Shown piece after piece: positions 55,771 through 64,000 of a stretch of 64,000 bases of DNA. A program made the translations under genes and the position numbers. This DNA comes from an uncultured Desulfobacterales bacterium. GTDB taxonomy: Bacteria; Desulfobacterota; DSM-4660; Desulfatiglandales; JALVZP01. How positions within the stretch are numbered: position 1 is the stretch's first letter; the number at the start of each line of letters is the position of its first letter. The stretch is from contig CAZEOQ010000006.1 in assembly GCA_964513995.1 (NCBI GenBank), positions 17,573 to 81,572 on the forward strand, read 5' to 3'. The notes under the pieces are model-generated. The model saw nothing but the letters and a program-made list of their open reading frames with translations, did not search any database and was not told the DNA's origin.

Positions 55771-55796
55771 CGAAAAGAAGAATTTTTTTTCCGAAG
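55771..55796 (+). promoter_or_regulatory. putative FliA/sigma28-type promoter for the Che-2 operon (CGAAA-N16-CGAAG)
   Basis: T6-CCGAA (55764-55774) and T8-CCGAA (55783-55795). The CGA cores are spaced exactly as at the other motility promoters, 30 nt upstream of ATG 55826. Confidence 0.45.
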
Positions 55797-55825
55797 TTTT
55801 ATAAAAAAGGAAAAAGGAGGTTTTC

Positions 55826-58333
55826 ATGACCGTAGAACTTGATGAAGAAATACTGAAGGACTTTTTGTCAGAAACAAAGGAAAATCTGGAAAAGCTTGAT
55901 GAAAAGTTTATTGAACTTGAACAGAATCCTGAAGACAAAGAGCTTATATCAAGCATATTCAGGATAATGCATACAATTAAAGGGACTTCTGGATTTTTTG
56001 GATTCAAGAAACTTGAATCAATCTCTCATGCAGCAGAGGACATACTTGCAAAGCTGAGGGATGGAAAGGTCATAGCAGATCCAGAAATAATTGACATTCT
56101 TCTGAAAGCTGGAGATTTTGTGAAAGAGATAGTTTCTTGCATAGAAAAAGAGAAAAAAGAGCCTGAAGAGGAAAGGTATGAGAGATTTGTTAAGGAAATA
56201 AGGGAATTTGCAGATAACATAGAGGAAAGAAAGAAGAAAGAGGAGAAAAGAGAAGAAAAGGAAGAGGACATAAGAGTAACTTCTGTGCAGCTTACAGAGA
56301 CTCACATAAAGGTAAGTATTGATCTTCTGGACAAACTCATGAATCTTGCAGGAGAGCTCGTTCTTTCAAGAAACAGACTCGTCCAGATAGCAAACAGAAT
56401 TTCTAATTCAGAACTCATATCTGCTACTCAGGAACTTTCTCTTGTAACGACAGAGCTTCAGGAAGAGATAATGAAGACAAGGATGCAGCCAATCGGAACA
56501 GTATTTAACAAATTTCCAAGGATTGTAAGGGATCTTTCTAAGGCTTCTGGAAAGAAGATAAACCTGAGTATTGAAGGAGCTGATACAGAGCTTGACAGGT
56601 CTATAATAGAGGCCATAAAAGATCCTCTCACTCACATAATCAGAAACAGTGTGGATCATGGAATAGAGACTCCTGAAGAAAGGATAAAAGAAGGGAAACC
56701 TCCTGCAGGAAACATCCTTCTTAAGGCATATCATGAAGGAGGTCAGGTCGTAATAGAGATAAAGGATGATGGAAGGGGAATAGACATAGAGAAGATAAAG
56801 AAAAAGGCAGTTGAAAAAGGTATCATATCTGAGGCAGAAGCACTTTCTCTTTCAGAAAAAGAGGCACTCAATCTCATATTCAGACCAGGATTCTCAACAG
56901 CAGACAAGGTAACAAACATATCTGGTCGTGGCGTGGGAATGGATGTCGTAAAGACGAACATAGAGAAGCTTGGAGGAAGTATAGACATACAGACAGAAAA
57001 AGGAAAAGGAACTACTATAAGGATGAAGATTCCTTTGACCTTAGCGATAATTCCAGCTCTTATAGTAACCTGTAAAGGTCAGAGATATGCTATTCCTCAA
57101 GTAAATCTGAAAGAGCTCGTTATATTGAATGAAGAAGAAATAAGGAGGGACATACAGATTATAGGAAATTCAAAGTTTTACAGATTAAGAGATGAGATAA
57201 TTCCTGTATTTTATCTGGAAGAGGTCCTTGGTCTTCCTTTTGAAGAAAAAAAGAAAAAGATGAGTATAGTCATACTGAATACAGGAGCTATAGAATTTGG
57301 TCTTATTGTTGACAGCATATGGGATTCAGAAGAGATTGTTGTAAAGCCTCTTGGTAAACACTTCCAGGGAATTCCTGTTTATGCTGGTGCAACACTTATG
57401 GGAGATGGAGGAATAGCTCTTATCCTGGATGTTGTTGGAATATCTTCTGTTCTTGACATAAAGGTTGAGGAGATAGAAGAGATGAAGGCAGAGATGAAAG
57501 AAAAGATAGAAAAGGAGAGAAGGGAAGAGCAGTTCTTCCTTATATTTCAAATATCAGATTCTGACGAATACTTTGCCATTCCTTTAGCACTTGTTGCAAG
57601 ACTTGACAAGATAAGATCTGAGCAGATAGAAGTTGTTGCAGGAAAAGAGATAATTCAATACAGGAATCAGAGTATTCCTCTTATAAGATTAGACAGGTTC
57701 ATTCCTGTAAATCCCCTTTCAGAAAAGCCTGAATATAACATAATCCTTTTTGACATTGGAGGAAAACAGATAGCATTTCTTGCTTCAAAGATAGTTGACA
57801 GCATTTATGGATACTTTGAACTTGACGAAGATCTTTACAAATTTGACGGGATTCTTGGTTCTGCTATCGTAAAAGATCACACAACTCTTTTTGTTGATGT
57901 TTACAAGATAATAGAAATGTATGATCCTGAATGGATAAGAAAATATGTTCCACTTCATACAAAAAGGATACTTCTTGCAGAGGATTCTGCATTTTACAGA
58001 AATCTTCTGAGGTCATATCTTACAAGTCTTGGTTATGATGTAACGACAGCAAAGGATGGAAGAGAAGCATGGGAAAAGATCAAAAAATATGAATTTGATG
58101 TCCTTGTAACTGACATAGTTATGCCAGGGATGGATGGATATGAGCTGAGTATGAATGTGAGAAATACAGGAAAGGACATACCTATTATAGCTGTAAGTTC
58201 TCTTGTAAGTGAAGAGGACATAAAAAAAGGACATGATTCTGGAATAGACGAGTATGTTCCTAAGCTAAAATTTGAAGAGCTTTCTGGTGCAATAGAAAGG
58301 ATATTTGAAAAAAGGATGAAAAAGGCAGCTTAA
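55826..58333 (+). CDS. cheA: hybrid CheA with two CheW-like (P5) domains and a C-terminal receiver
   Basis: Hpt HTIKGTSG, HIIRNSVDHGIE, GRGVGMDVV. First P5 is RYAIPQVNLKELV...; second P5 is FFLIFQISDSDEYFAIPLALVARL.... REC domain is ILLAEDSAFYR...TDIVMPGMDG...YVPK. Confidence 0.9.
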   Translation: MTVELDEEILKDFLSETKENLEKLDEKFIELEQNPEDKELISSIFRIMHTIKGTSGFFGFKKLESISHAAEDILAKLRDGKVIADPEIIDILLKAGDFVKEIVSCIEKEKKEPEEERYERFVKEIREFADNIEERKKKEEKREEKEEDIRVTSVQLTETHIKVSIDLLDKLMNLAGELVLSRNRLVQIANRISNSELISATQELSLVTTELQEEIMKTRMQPIGTVFNKFPRIVRDLSKASGKKINLSIEGADTELDRSIIEAIKDPLTHIIRNSVDHGIETPEERIKEGKPPAGNILLKAYHEGGQVVIEIKDDGRGIDIEKIKKKAVEKGIISEAEALSLSEKEALNLIFRPGFSTADKVTNISGRGVGMDVVKTNIEKLGGSIDIQTEKGKGTTIRMKIPLTLAIIPALIVTCKGQRYAIPQVNLKELVILNEEEIRRDIQIIGNSKFYRLRDEIIPVFYLEEVLGLPFEEKKKKMSIVILNTGAIEFGLIVDSIWDSEEIVVKPLGKHFQGIPVYAGATLMGDGGIALILDVVGISSVLDIKVEEIEEMKAEMKEKIEKERREEQFFLIFQISDSDEYFAIPLALVARLDKIRSEQIEVVAGKEIIQYRNQSIPLIRLDRFIPVNPLSEKPEYNIILFDIGGKQIAFLASKIVDSIYGYFELDEDLYKFDGILGSAIVKDHTTLFVDVYKIIEMYDPEWIRKYVPLHTKRILLAEDSAFYRNLLRSYLTSLGYDVTTAKDGREAWEKIKKYEFDVLVTDIVMPGMDGYELSMNVRNTGKDIPIIAVSSLVSEEDIKKGHDSGIDEYVPKLKFEELSGAIERIFEKRMKKAA

Positions 58334-58347
58334 AAAAGGAGGGGATT

Positions 58348-58758
58348 ATGTTTTTGACATTTTTCTTCAGTAAGTTTATGTTTGCTCTTCCTGTTGAAAA
58401 TGTTATGGAGATAAAGAAGTCTTTTGAAATAACCCCTGTTCCATTAAGTCCTCCTTATGTAGAAGGAATAATAAATCTGAGAGGACAGATAATTACAGCA
58501 ATTCATCTGGCAAAAAAGATAGGGCTTAAGTATGACGAGAATCGTAAAGACTACTATCACATAATTGTAAAGACCTCAGAAGAGCCGATAAGTCTTTTGG
58601 TAGAAGGGATAGGAGATGTCATAAGCCTTTCTGAAAAGGACATAGAACCTGTTCCTGAACATCTGGAAGGGATTGAAAAAAGATATGTGAAAAATATAAG
58701 CAAGCTTCCAGAAAGACTTCTCATAATACTTGATCCAGAAGCAATTCAGGAACAATGA
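58348..58758 (+). CDS. cheW: CheW
   Basis: A single CheW domain (FLTFFFSKFMFALPVENVMEI...INLRGQIITAI). Confidence 0.88.
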   Translation: MFLTFFFSKFMFALPVENVMEIKKSFEITPVPLSPPYVEGIINLRGQIITAIHLAKKIGLKYDENRKDYYHIIVKTSEEPISLLVEGIGDVISLSEKDIEPVPEHLEGIEKRYVKNISKLPERLLIILDPEAIQEQ

Positions 58759-59135
58759 AGGTCATAGTTGCTGATGATTCAAAGGCAACGAGGTCTATTG
58801 TAAAGAAGATGTTAAAACAGATAGACAGAAGGATAGAGGTATTTGAGGCAGAGGATGGTGAAAAGGCTTTGGAAATCCTGTATGAACAGGAAAAAGTAGA
58901 CCTTATATTACTTGACTGGAACATGCCAAATATGGACGGTTTTGAGTTTCTGAAGACCGTAAAAAAAGATCCAAGATGGAAGGACATAAAAGTGATGATG
59001 ATAACGAGCAAAACAAGTGAAAAGGATGTAGAGGAAGCCCTTAATGCAGGAGCAGACGAATATCTCATGAAACCATTTGACAAAGACATGCTTAAAGCAA
59101 AGATGGATCTGATTCTTGGAGGAGAAAGTGAGTAA
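58755..59135 (+). CDS. cheY: CheY-like single-domain response regulator
   Basis: VIVADDSKATR ... LDWNMPNMDG ... ITSK ... YLMKP. ATGA overlap with cheW. Confidence 0.9.
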   Translation: MKVIVADDSKATRSIVKKMLKQIDRRIEVFEAEDGEKALEILYEQEKVDLILLDWNMPNMDGFEFLKTVKKDPRWKDIKVMMITSKTSEKDVEEALNAGADEYLMKPFDKDMLKAKMDLILGGESE

Positions 59136-60162
59136 TAAGATAAAGGTGCTTGTTGTTGACGACAGTGCATTTTACAGGAAGATAATTTCAGAAGTGCTTG
59201 GAATGGATTCACAGATAGAAGTTGTTGGAACAGCAGCAAATGGAAAAATAGCTCTTGATCTTATAGAAAAACTGAATCCTGATGTAATGACACTTGATCT
59301 TGAGATGCCAGAGATGGACGGAATTGAAACACTTGAAAATATAAGAAAAAGGAATCTTCAGGTAGGAGTAATAGTATTTTCTGCCCATTCAAAAGAAGGT
59401 GCAGAACTTACATTTTCTGCACTTGAAAAAGGTGCTTTTGATTTTGTTACAAAGCCGTCAAGATCCTCTTTTTCAGAAAACATAAACGAAATCAGACTTT
59501 CCCTGATCCCAAAGATAAAAGCCTGTTATTTAAAGAGAAAGCTAAGGACACCTCCTTTAAAACAGATCCCAGATCTTTTAAGAAACCCTTCCTTTCCTGC
59601 AATAAAAAAAGAAGTCGTCGGAATAGGATCTTCTACAGGAGGACCAAATGCTTTAAAAAAGATCTTTTCCAGACTATCTCCTCACATCTCCTCCCCTATC
59701 TTCATTGTCCAGCATATGCCTCCCATATTTACGAGACAGTTTGCAGAAAGTCTTGATAAGATGTCTCAAATAAAGGTAAAAGAAGCAGAGAATGGAGAAA
59801 AGATAAGTGAAAGGACGGCTTACATAGCACCAGGAGATTATCACATGGAAGTAGAAGACGAAAGGATAAGACTTCACAAAGGTCCACCTGAAAACAACTG
59901 CAGACCATCAGTAGATGTCCTTTTCAGGTCAATGGCAAGGACATATGGTGAAAGGACTCTTGCAATAATACTTACTGGAATAGGAAATGATGGACTAAAA
60001 GGAGTAAAAAGGTTAAAAGAAAAAGGAGCATATGTAATAGCACAGGATGAAGAGACATCTGTTGTCTGGGGAATGCCAAGAGCTGTTGTAGAGGAGGGTT
60101 TAGCAGATAAGGTTCTTCCCTTAGAACAGATTCCTATAGCAATATCCAAGTTAGTCAGATGA
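59128..60162 (+). CDS. cheB: CheB methylesterase (copy 2)
   Basis: KVLVVDDSAFYR, LDLEMPEMDG, IGSSTGGP, IVQHMP, GIGNDG. GTG 59128 is preferred (SD GGAGGAG) over the track TTG at 59116. Confidence 0.9.
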   Translation: MSNKIKVLVVDDSAFYRKIISEVLGMDSQIEVVGTAANGKIALDLIEKLNPDVMTLDLEMPEMDGIETLENIRKRNLQVGVIVFSAHSKEGAELTFSALEKGAFDFVTKPSRSSFSENINEIRLSLIPKIKACYLKRKLRTPPLKQIPDLLRNPSFPAIKKEVVGIGSSTGGPNALKKIFSRLSPHISSPIFIVQHMPPIFTRQFAESLDKMSQIKVKEAENGEKISERTAYIAPGDYHMEVEDERIRLHKGPPENNCRPSVDVLFRSMARTYGERTLAIILTGIGNDGLKGVKRLKEKGAYVIAQDEETSVVWGMPRAVVEEGLADKVLPLEQIPIAISKLVR

Positions 60163-60974
60163 ATAGAGAATTAATTGATTTTTTTTCTGACTTTGCACTG
60201 AAACATACTGGCATAGTCCTTGGACCTGAGAAGGATTATCTTATAAAAAGCAGATTAGAAGAGCTTTCTAAAAGTCTTGGTTTTAGAAACATAGAGGAGC
60301 TATACAGAAAAGCAAAATATCAGCTTACAAATGAACTTCTTGATCACCTGATAGATGCTCTTACGACAAATGAGACATATTTTTTTAGAGACAAGATACA
60401 ATTTGATGCTTTAAAGAAATACATACTTCCTGAGATTATAGAGAGGAAAAAAGAAGAAAAAAGATTAAGGATATGGAGCTGTGCATGTTCAACAGGACAG
60501 GAGCCATACAGCATAGGAATCCTCATATGTGAACATTTTCCTCATATACTGAACTGGGATCTTGAGATAATAGGAAGTGACATATCAAAAAGGGCAGTAG
60601 AATATGCAAAACAGGGAAGTTTTTCTCAGATAGAGGTAAACAGAGGACTTCCTGCAAAACTTCTTATAAAGTATTTCAGACAAAAAGGGTCAAGATGGGT
60701 TATAGATGAAAGAGTAAGAAGGTTGATAAGGTTTTTGAGGATAAATCTGAAAGATGACTTTTCTTACTTAGGGAAGTTTGACATCATATTTTGCAGATAT
60801 GTGCTTATATATTTTTCTTCTGAGCTAAAAAGAAATGTCCTTCTTAGGATTGAAAAAAACATGTTTCCAAATGGTTATCTCTTTTTTGGAATGGCTGAAA
60901 TTCCTTCAGGCTTGAGCCCTCGCTTCATCAGAAGAGATTTTGGAGGAGCTATCTGCTATCAGTTTGTCCCTTAG
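60159..60974 (+). CDS. cheR: CheR methyltransferase (copy 2)
   Basis: TNETYFFRD, IWSCACSTGQEPYSIG, IFCRYVLIYF. Confidence 0.9.
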   Translation: MNRELIDFFSDFALKHTGIVLGPEKDYLIKSRLEELSKSLGFRNIEELYRKAKYQLTNELLDHLIDALTTNETYFFRDKIQFDALKKYILPEIIERKKEEKRLRIWSCACSTGQEPYSIGILICEHFPHILNWDLEIIGSDISKRAVEYAKQGSFSQIEVNRGLPAKLLIKYFRQKGSRWVIDERVRRLIRFLRINLKDDFSYLGKFDIIFCRYVLIYFSSELKRNVLLRIEKNMFPNGYLFFGMAEIPSGLSPRFIRRDFGGAICYQFVP

Positions 60975-62102
60975 CATGTCAAAAAGAAGTTCTGTAAGGA
61001 ATTGTATGAGTTTCTTATGCGTTATTACTCCCATTATCCTGGATCCTTTACATACTGGAAGATATGGACTGTCCTGGTTCAGATATATCTGAAGGACCTC
61101 TTCAAGAGATGATTCATAAGGAACAGGCTTTACATCCTTTTCCAAAAACCATTCCACTTTAAACGACTTTGTTATCACATCCTGTTCCCTGCAGTATTCC
61201 TTAAATGGTTCTTCTATAAAAGGACTCAAACCTCTTCTTATGTCTGCCATTGTAAGAAGTCCTATAAATTTTAGTCCATCAACGAGTATTATAAAATCCT
61301 TGTTGTATTCCTTCATCTTCAAGAATGCATCCCAGACAGTTGTTCCTATCTGAACAACAGGAAAATCCTCTTCCATTATGTCTTCAACATGAAATTCTCC
61401 TTTTTCTCTTTTTACCTCTGGAATCTTTATAACAGGTCTTTCCTCCTCTTCCTTTTCCTCCTCCTCTTCTTTTACAGTAACTTCCTTTTCCATTTCTTCC
61501 ATTTCCTCTTCCTCTATTTCAACTCCAAGATCTTTAAGAATAGCATCAGCAAGTTCTTCACTCATAACAATTGCAAGGGAAAAGCTAACAGGACCAGCTA
61601 TCTTTACATTTGCAACATATGAGAGATATTCCTTATCTGAAGAAAAAAACGAAGGATCACCTGAATTTACTATAAAGTTTTCTCCCATAATGAGATGCAT
61701 CTTCTTGTTTACTTTTTCCATAAGTATGTCATTCAGCTTTCCTACCATCATGTTAAATATCTCTTTTTGAGCATCAAGGATAGATTCATCATCTATCTTA
61801 TCTCTCTTCAAAAGCTCTTCTATGTTGCTTTGAGGAAGAACAAGAAGTTTTCCACTAAGTATTATTCCTCCATCCTTTTGCATAAGAAGAAAAAGACCAT
61901 CTTCTGTTATACCTTCTGCTGATACCTTACATCCAAATGCCTTATCCCAGAGGATAGAACTAAGTTCTTCTGGCTTTCCTGCAGGTCCTTTTCTAAAACT
62001 CAAGACCACCTCTGACTGTATGAGTTCCTTAAAAAGAGACTTTACATTCTTGAAGAGTGGTCTCATTATAGGTCCAAGCTTATTTATCTTTTCCTCTTGC
62101 AT
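60906..62102 (-). CDS. CheC/CheX-like domain fused through an acidic linker to a CBS pair
   Basis: DAQKEIFN fits the CheC-class D-x3-E-x2-N motif within an N-terminal ~190 aa domain. A poly-E linker follows, then two CBS modules (IGTTVWDAFLKM...GLLTMADI; SSLEEVLQIYL...GVITHKKL). Confidence 0.55.
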   Translation of the reverse strand: MQEEKINKLGPIMRPLFKNVKSLFKELIQSEVVLSFRKGPAGKPEELSSILWDKAFGCKVSAEGITEDGLFLLMQKDGGIILSGKLLVLPQSNIEELLKRDKIDDESILDAQKEIFNMMVGKLNDILMEKVNKKMHLIMGENFIVNSGDPSFFSSDKEYLSYVANVKIAGPVSFSLAIVMSEELADAILKDLGVEIEEEEMEEMEKEVTVKEEEEEKEEEERPVIKIPEVKREKGEFHVEDIMEEDFPVVQIGTTVWDAFLKMKEYNKDFIILVDGLKFIGLLTMADIRRGLSPFIEEPFKEYCREQDVITKSFKVEWFLEKDVKPVPYESSLEEVLQIYLNQDSPYLPVCKGSRIMGVITHKKLIQFLTELLFDMLRDKLIADSSSKISSDEARAQA

Positions 62103-62108
62103 GGTTTG

Positions 62109-62477
62109 CTATTTCAGTATGCTTGAAAGAGCAGAACCTATCTTTTCAGGAGTAAAAGGCTTTCTTATGAATCCATTTACTCCAAGACTTTTTGCCTTTT
62201 CCACGATATTTTCTGCACCTTCTGTGGTTATCATAATTACAGGAAGGTCTTTTGTCTCATCCTGAGATCTTATCTTTTCAAGAAGCTCTAATCCGTTCAT
62301 CTCAGGCATGTTTATATCTGTAAGGACTGCATCTACTTTATTAGAACTCAAAACCTGAAGTGCCTCTTTTCCATTTTCTGCTTCAAGAAACTCATCAACC
62401 TTAAATCCTGACTGTCTTATAGTCCTCATAATGATCTTTCTCATAGTAGCTGAATCATCAACTACCAAAAGCTTCAT
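62109..62477 (-). CDS. cheY: CheY-like single-domain response regulator
   Basis: LLVVDDSATMR ... TDINMPEMNG ... ITTE ... FIRKP. Confidence 0.9.
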   Translation of the reverse strand: MKLLVVDDSATMRKIIMRTIRQSGFKVDEFLEAENGKEALQVLSSNKVDAVLTDINMPEMNGLELLEKIRSQDETKDLPVIMITTEGAENIVEKAKSLGVNGFIRKPFTPEKIGSALSSILK

Positions 62478-62481
62478 ACCA

Positions 62482-62955
62482 TTACCTCCTTTTTATTTTT
62501 TCCAGTGTAGTCAATACATAAAGAAGATTTCCTTCTTTGTCTGAAAAGCTTATGATAACAGGAGATCCATCATGGAAAAACGAAACAAGATGATTCTTTC
62601 CAGTAACAACACTTGGAAGAGATATGGTAAAGATGTTTTCTATCCTGTTATTAAAGTCTCCTATTACCATATTTGCTATCTCTCCTATTCCATCTATCAG
62701 GTCGTCTTCTGTTATGCTTTCAGGATCAGAAACAAGCATATTTGCTACTGTCTTCTTTGCAAGCTTTATGGGAAAACTTATTGCCATAGATCCCTTTGTC
62801 TGTTCATTTGAAAAACCTATTATTCCCGTTATATCTCCTCTTATCTCTTCTTTTGAAGTTATTACCTCTTTTTCTTCAAGACTTATCCCTGCCATCATGT
62901 TAAATACAGACTTTACTGCTTCTGCTATCTTCTGGCAGAGATACCTTTCATCCAT
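62482..62955 (-). CDS. cheX: CheX-type CheY-P phosphatase
   Basis: 157 aa; DGIGEIANMVIG carries the D-x3-E-x2-N motif. Size and N-terminus (AEAVKSVFNMMAG) fit CheX. Confidence 0.75.
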   Translation of the reverse strand: MDERYLCQKIAEAVKSVFNMMAGISLEEKEVITSKEEIRGDITGIIGFSNEQTKGSMAISFPIKLAKKTVANMLVSDPESITEDDLIDGIGEIANMVIGDFNNRIENIFTISLPSVVTGKNHLVSFFHDGSPVIISFSDKEGNLLYVLTTLEKIKRR

Positions 62956-62980
62956 CTTTTTCCCTCTTTTTTTTTTACCT

Positions 62981-63006
62981 TATCGGATTCATTAAAAAAT
63001 CGTTCG
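62981..63006 (-). promoter_or_regulatory. putative FliA/sigma28-type promoter for cheX-cheY-(CheC/CBS) (CGAAC-N16-CGATA)
   Basis: On the minus strand: CGAAC at 63006-63002 and CGATA at 62985-62981. The extended -10 box is TCCGATAA (62987-62980), closest to the canonical GCCGATAA. Confidence 0.55.
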
Positions 63007-63013
63007 CTACTTA

Positions 63014-63039
63014 CGAACAGATTTCAGAAACGGGCGATT
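63014..63039 (+). promoter_or_regulatory. putative FliA/sigma28-type promoter for the GT2-TPR gene (CGAAC-N16-CGATT)
   Basis: CGAAC at 63014-63018 and CGATT at 63035-63039, 24 nt upstream of ATG 63063, with SD AAGGAGGAG between. Confidence 0.45.
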
Positions 63040-63062
63040 TAAAGAAAAAAAGGAGGAGAAAG

Positions 63063-64000
63063 ATGAGGCTTTCTCTTTGTATGATAGTGAAGGATGAGGA
63101 AAGGAATATAAAGAAGTGTTTGGAGAATGTAAAAGATGTGGTTGATGAGATAATAGCCGTTGATACTGGTTCAAAAGACAGAACTCCTTTTATCCTGAAA
63201 GAGCTTGGTGCAAAGGTATATAGCTTCAGGTGGTGTGATGATTTTTCTAAGGCAAGGAATGAGTCTCTGAAGTATGCAACTGGAGACTACATCATATATC
63301 TTGATGCAGATGACAGAGTAAGTAAGGAAGATGCTGAAAAGATACTGGAGATTAAAAAGGGATTTCCAAAAGAAAAAAATCTTGCATATTCTCTGAAGAT
63401 AGTAAGTGAATCACCTGATGGAACAAAAAACAGTGCTTATCAGGTAAGGATATTTCCAAAACTTGAAGGAGTAAGGTTTGAGTATCCTATACATGAGCAG
63501 ATAGTTCCTTCTTTGAAGAGAAAAGGGATAAAAGGCGTATTTACTGATGTAGTGATAAGGCATGAGGGATATAAGGATCCAGAGGTTCTTTTAAAAAAAG
63601 CAGAAAGGAATCTGAAGATTCTAAAAGATATGCTTTCAGAAGATCCAGATTGCTGGTTTGCTCATTATTTTCTTGCTCAGACCTATGAAGTCCTTGGAGA
63701 AAAGGAGCTTTGTGAGTATCATCTGAAAAGATCCATTACAGAAGACTGCAAAAGACATGATGTAAACTGGTATATAGGAGCTTCTTTGAGATATGTAAAT
63801 ATTCTTCTTGAAAGAGGGGAAAAGGGAAAAGCAAGGGACATCCTTTTAAAACTTGAAGAGGAGTTTGACAGCGATCTTGTAAAATTTTTCATTGCTGAGA
63901 TGGATATGAAAGAAGGAGATTACAGAAGTGCATTAAACAGGTATGTAACAATAAATCCTGAAAGGCTTTCTCTTATAACAATTCCAATGGATGAGGATAG
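63063..64000 (+). CDS. family 2 glycosyltransferase with C-terminal TPR-like region; 3' end outside window
   Basis: I translated this by hand; it is absent from the track because there is no stop in the window. MRLSLCMIVKDEERNIKKCLENV...AVDTGSKDRT...ARNESL...IIYLDADD has the GT2 DxD. The frame is open to base 64000. Confidence 0.75.
   Translation, partial: MRLSLCMIVKDEERNIKKCLENVKDVVDEIIAVDTGSKDRTPFILKELGAKVYSFRWCDDFSKARNESLKYATGDYIIYLDADDRVSKEDAEKILEIKKGFPKEKNLAYSLKIVSESPDGTKNSAYQVRIFPKLEGVRFEYPIHEQIVPSLKRKGIKGVFTDVVIRHEGYKDPEVLLKKAERNLKILKDMLSEDPDCWFAHYFLAQTYEVLGEKELCEYHLKRSITEDCKRHDVNWYIGASLRYVNILLERGEKGKARDILLKLEEEFDSDLVKFFIAEMDMKEGDYRSALNRYVTINPERLSLITIPMDED

Noticed and set aside
1-64000. 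Mobile elements, prophage, defence islands, tRNA/rRNA
   Set aside because: I recognised no transposase, integrase, recombinase, restriction-modification or toxin-antitoxin-like products, terminal inverted repeats or structured RNA genes. Composition looks uniform by eye, so I make no horizontal-transfer claim.

Overview
This is an AT-rich window (GC not computed). Proteins are K/E/I-rich and Arg is mostly AGA/AGG, which suggests a thermophilic, diderm, flagellated bacterium. I saw no rRNA, tRNA, CRISPR array, transposase or integrase. All product calls rest on motifs I recognise by eye; no searches were run.

Layout:
- 1-3518: FAD-oxidase fragment, hbd, crotonase and a TetR regulator.
- 3529-11228: a promoter carrying a palindromic operator, then a four-gene envelope module (Ycf48-like propeller, COG1033 RND/MMPL, DUF1329, DUF1302).
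- 11229-23667: a tightly coupled 12-gene unit. It holds two tandem ABC-2 ATPase/permease/GldG-like triads, a TMTC-like multi-TM+TPR protein, a lipoprotein with CxxCH plus PD40 repeats, an OprD-like porin and a class II aldolase.
- 23684-38292: housekeeping genes (GltB-like, HtpX, UbiE/MenF/MenD, LbH protein, CGGC protein, GlmM, Fe-S/CCG protein, a tandem-repeat coiled-coil protein, MgtE, MFS).
- 38276-64000: a motility island. It contains an MCP; a late flagellar operon (fliC, flaG, fliD, fliS and others) that continues into HD-GYP and PilZ genes; and two complete chemosensory pathways.

The first chemosensory pathway encodes a soluble receptor with two signalling domains (DosM-like), a triple-CheW protein, a HEAT protein and a STAS-like protein. 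The second has CheA with two P5 domains plus REC, and is followed by a divergent cheX-cheY-(CheC-like/CBS) unit and a GT2-TPR gene.

The most notable non-coding signal is a GAAC-N16-CGAWW motif with invariant spacing in front of every motility/chemotaxis transcription unit.
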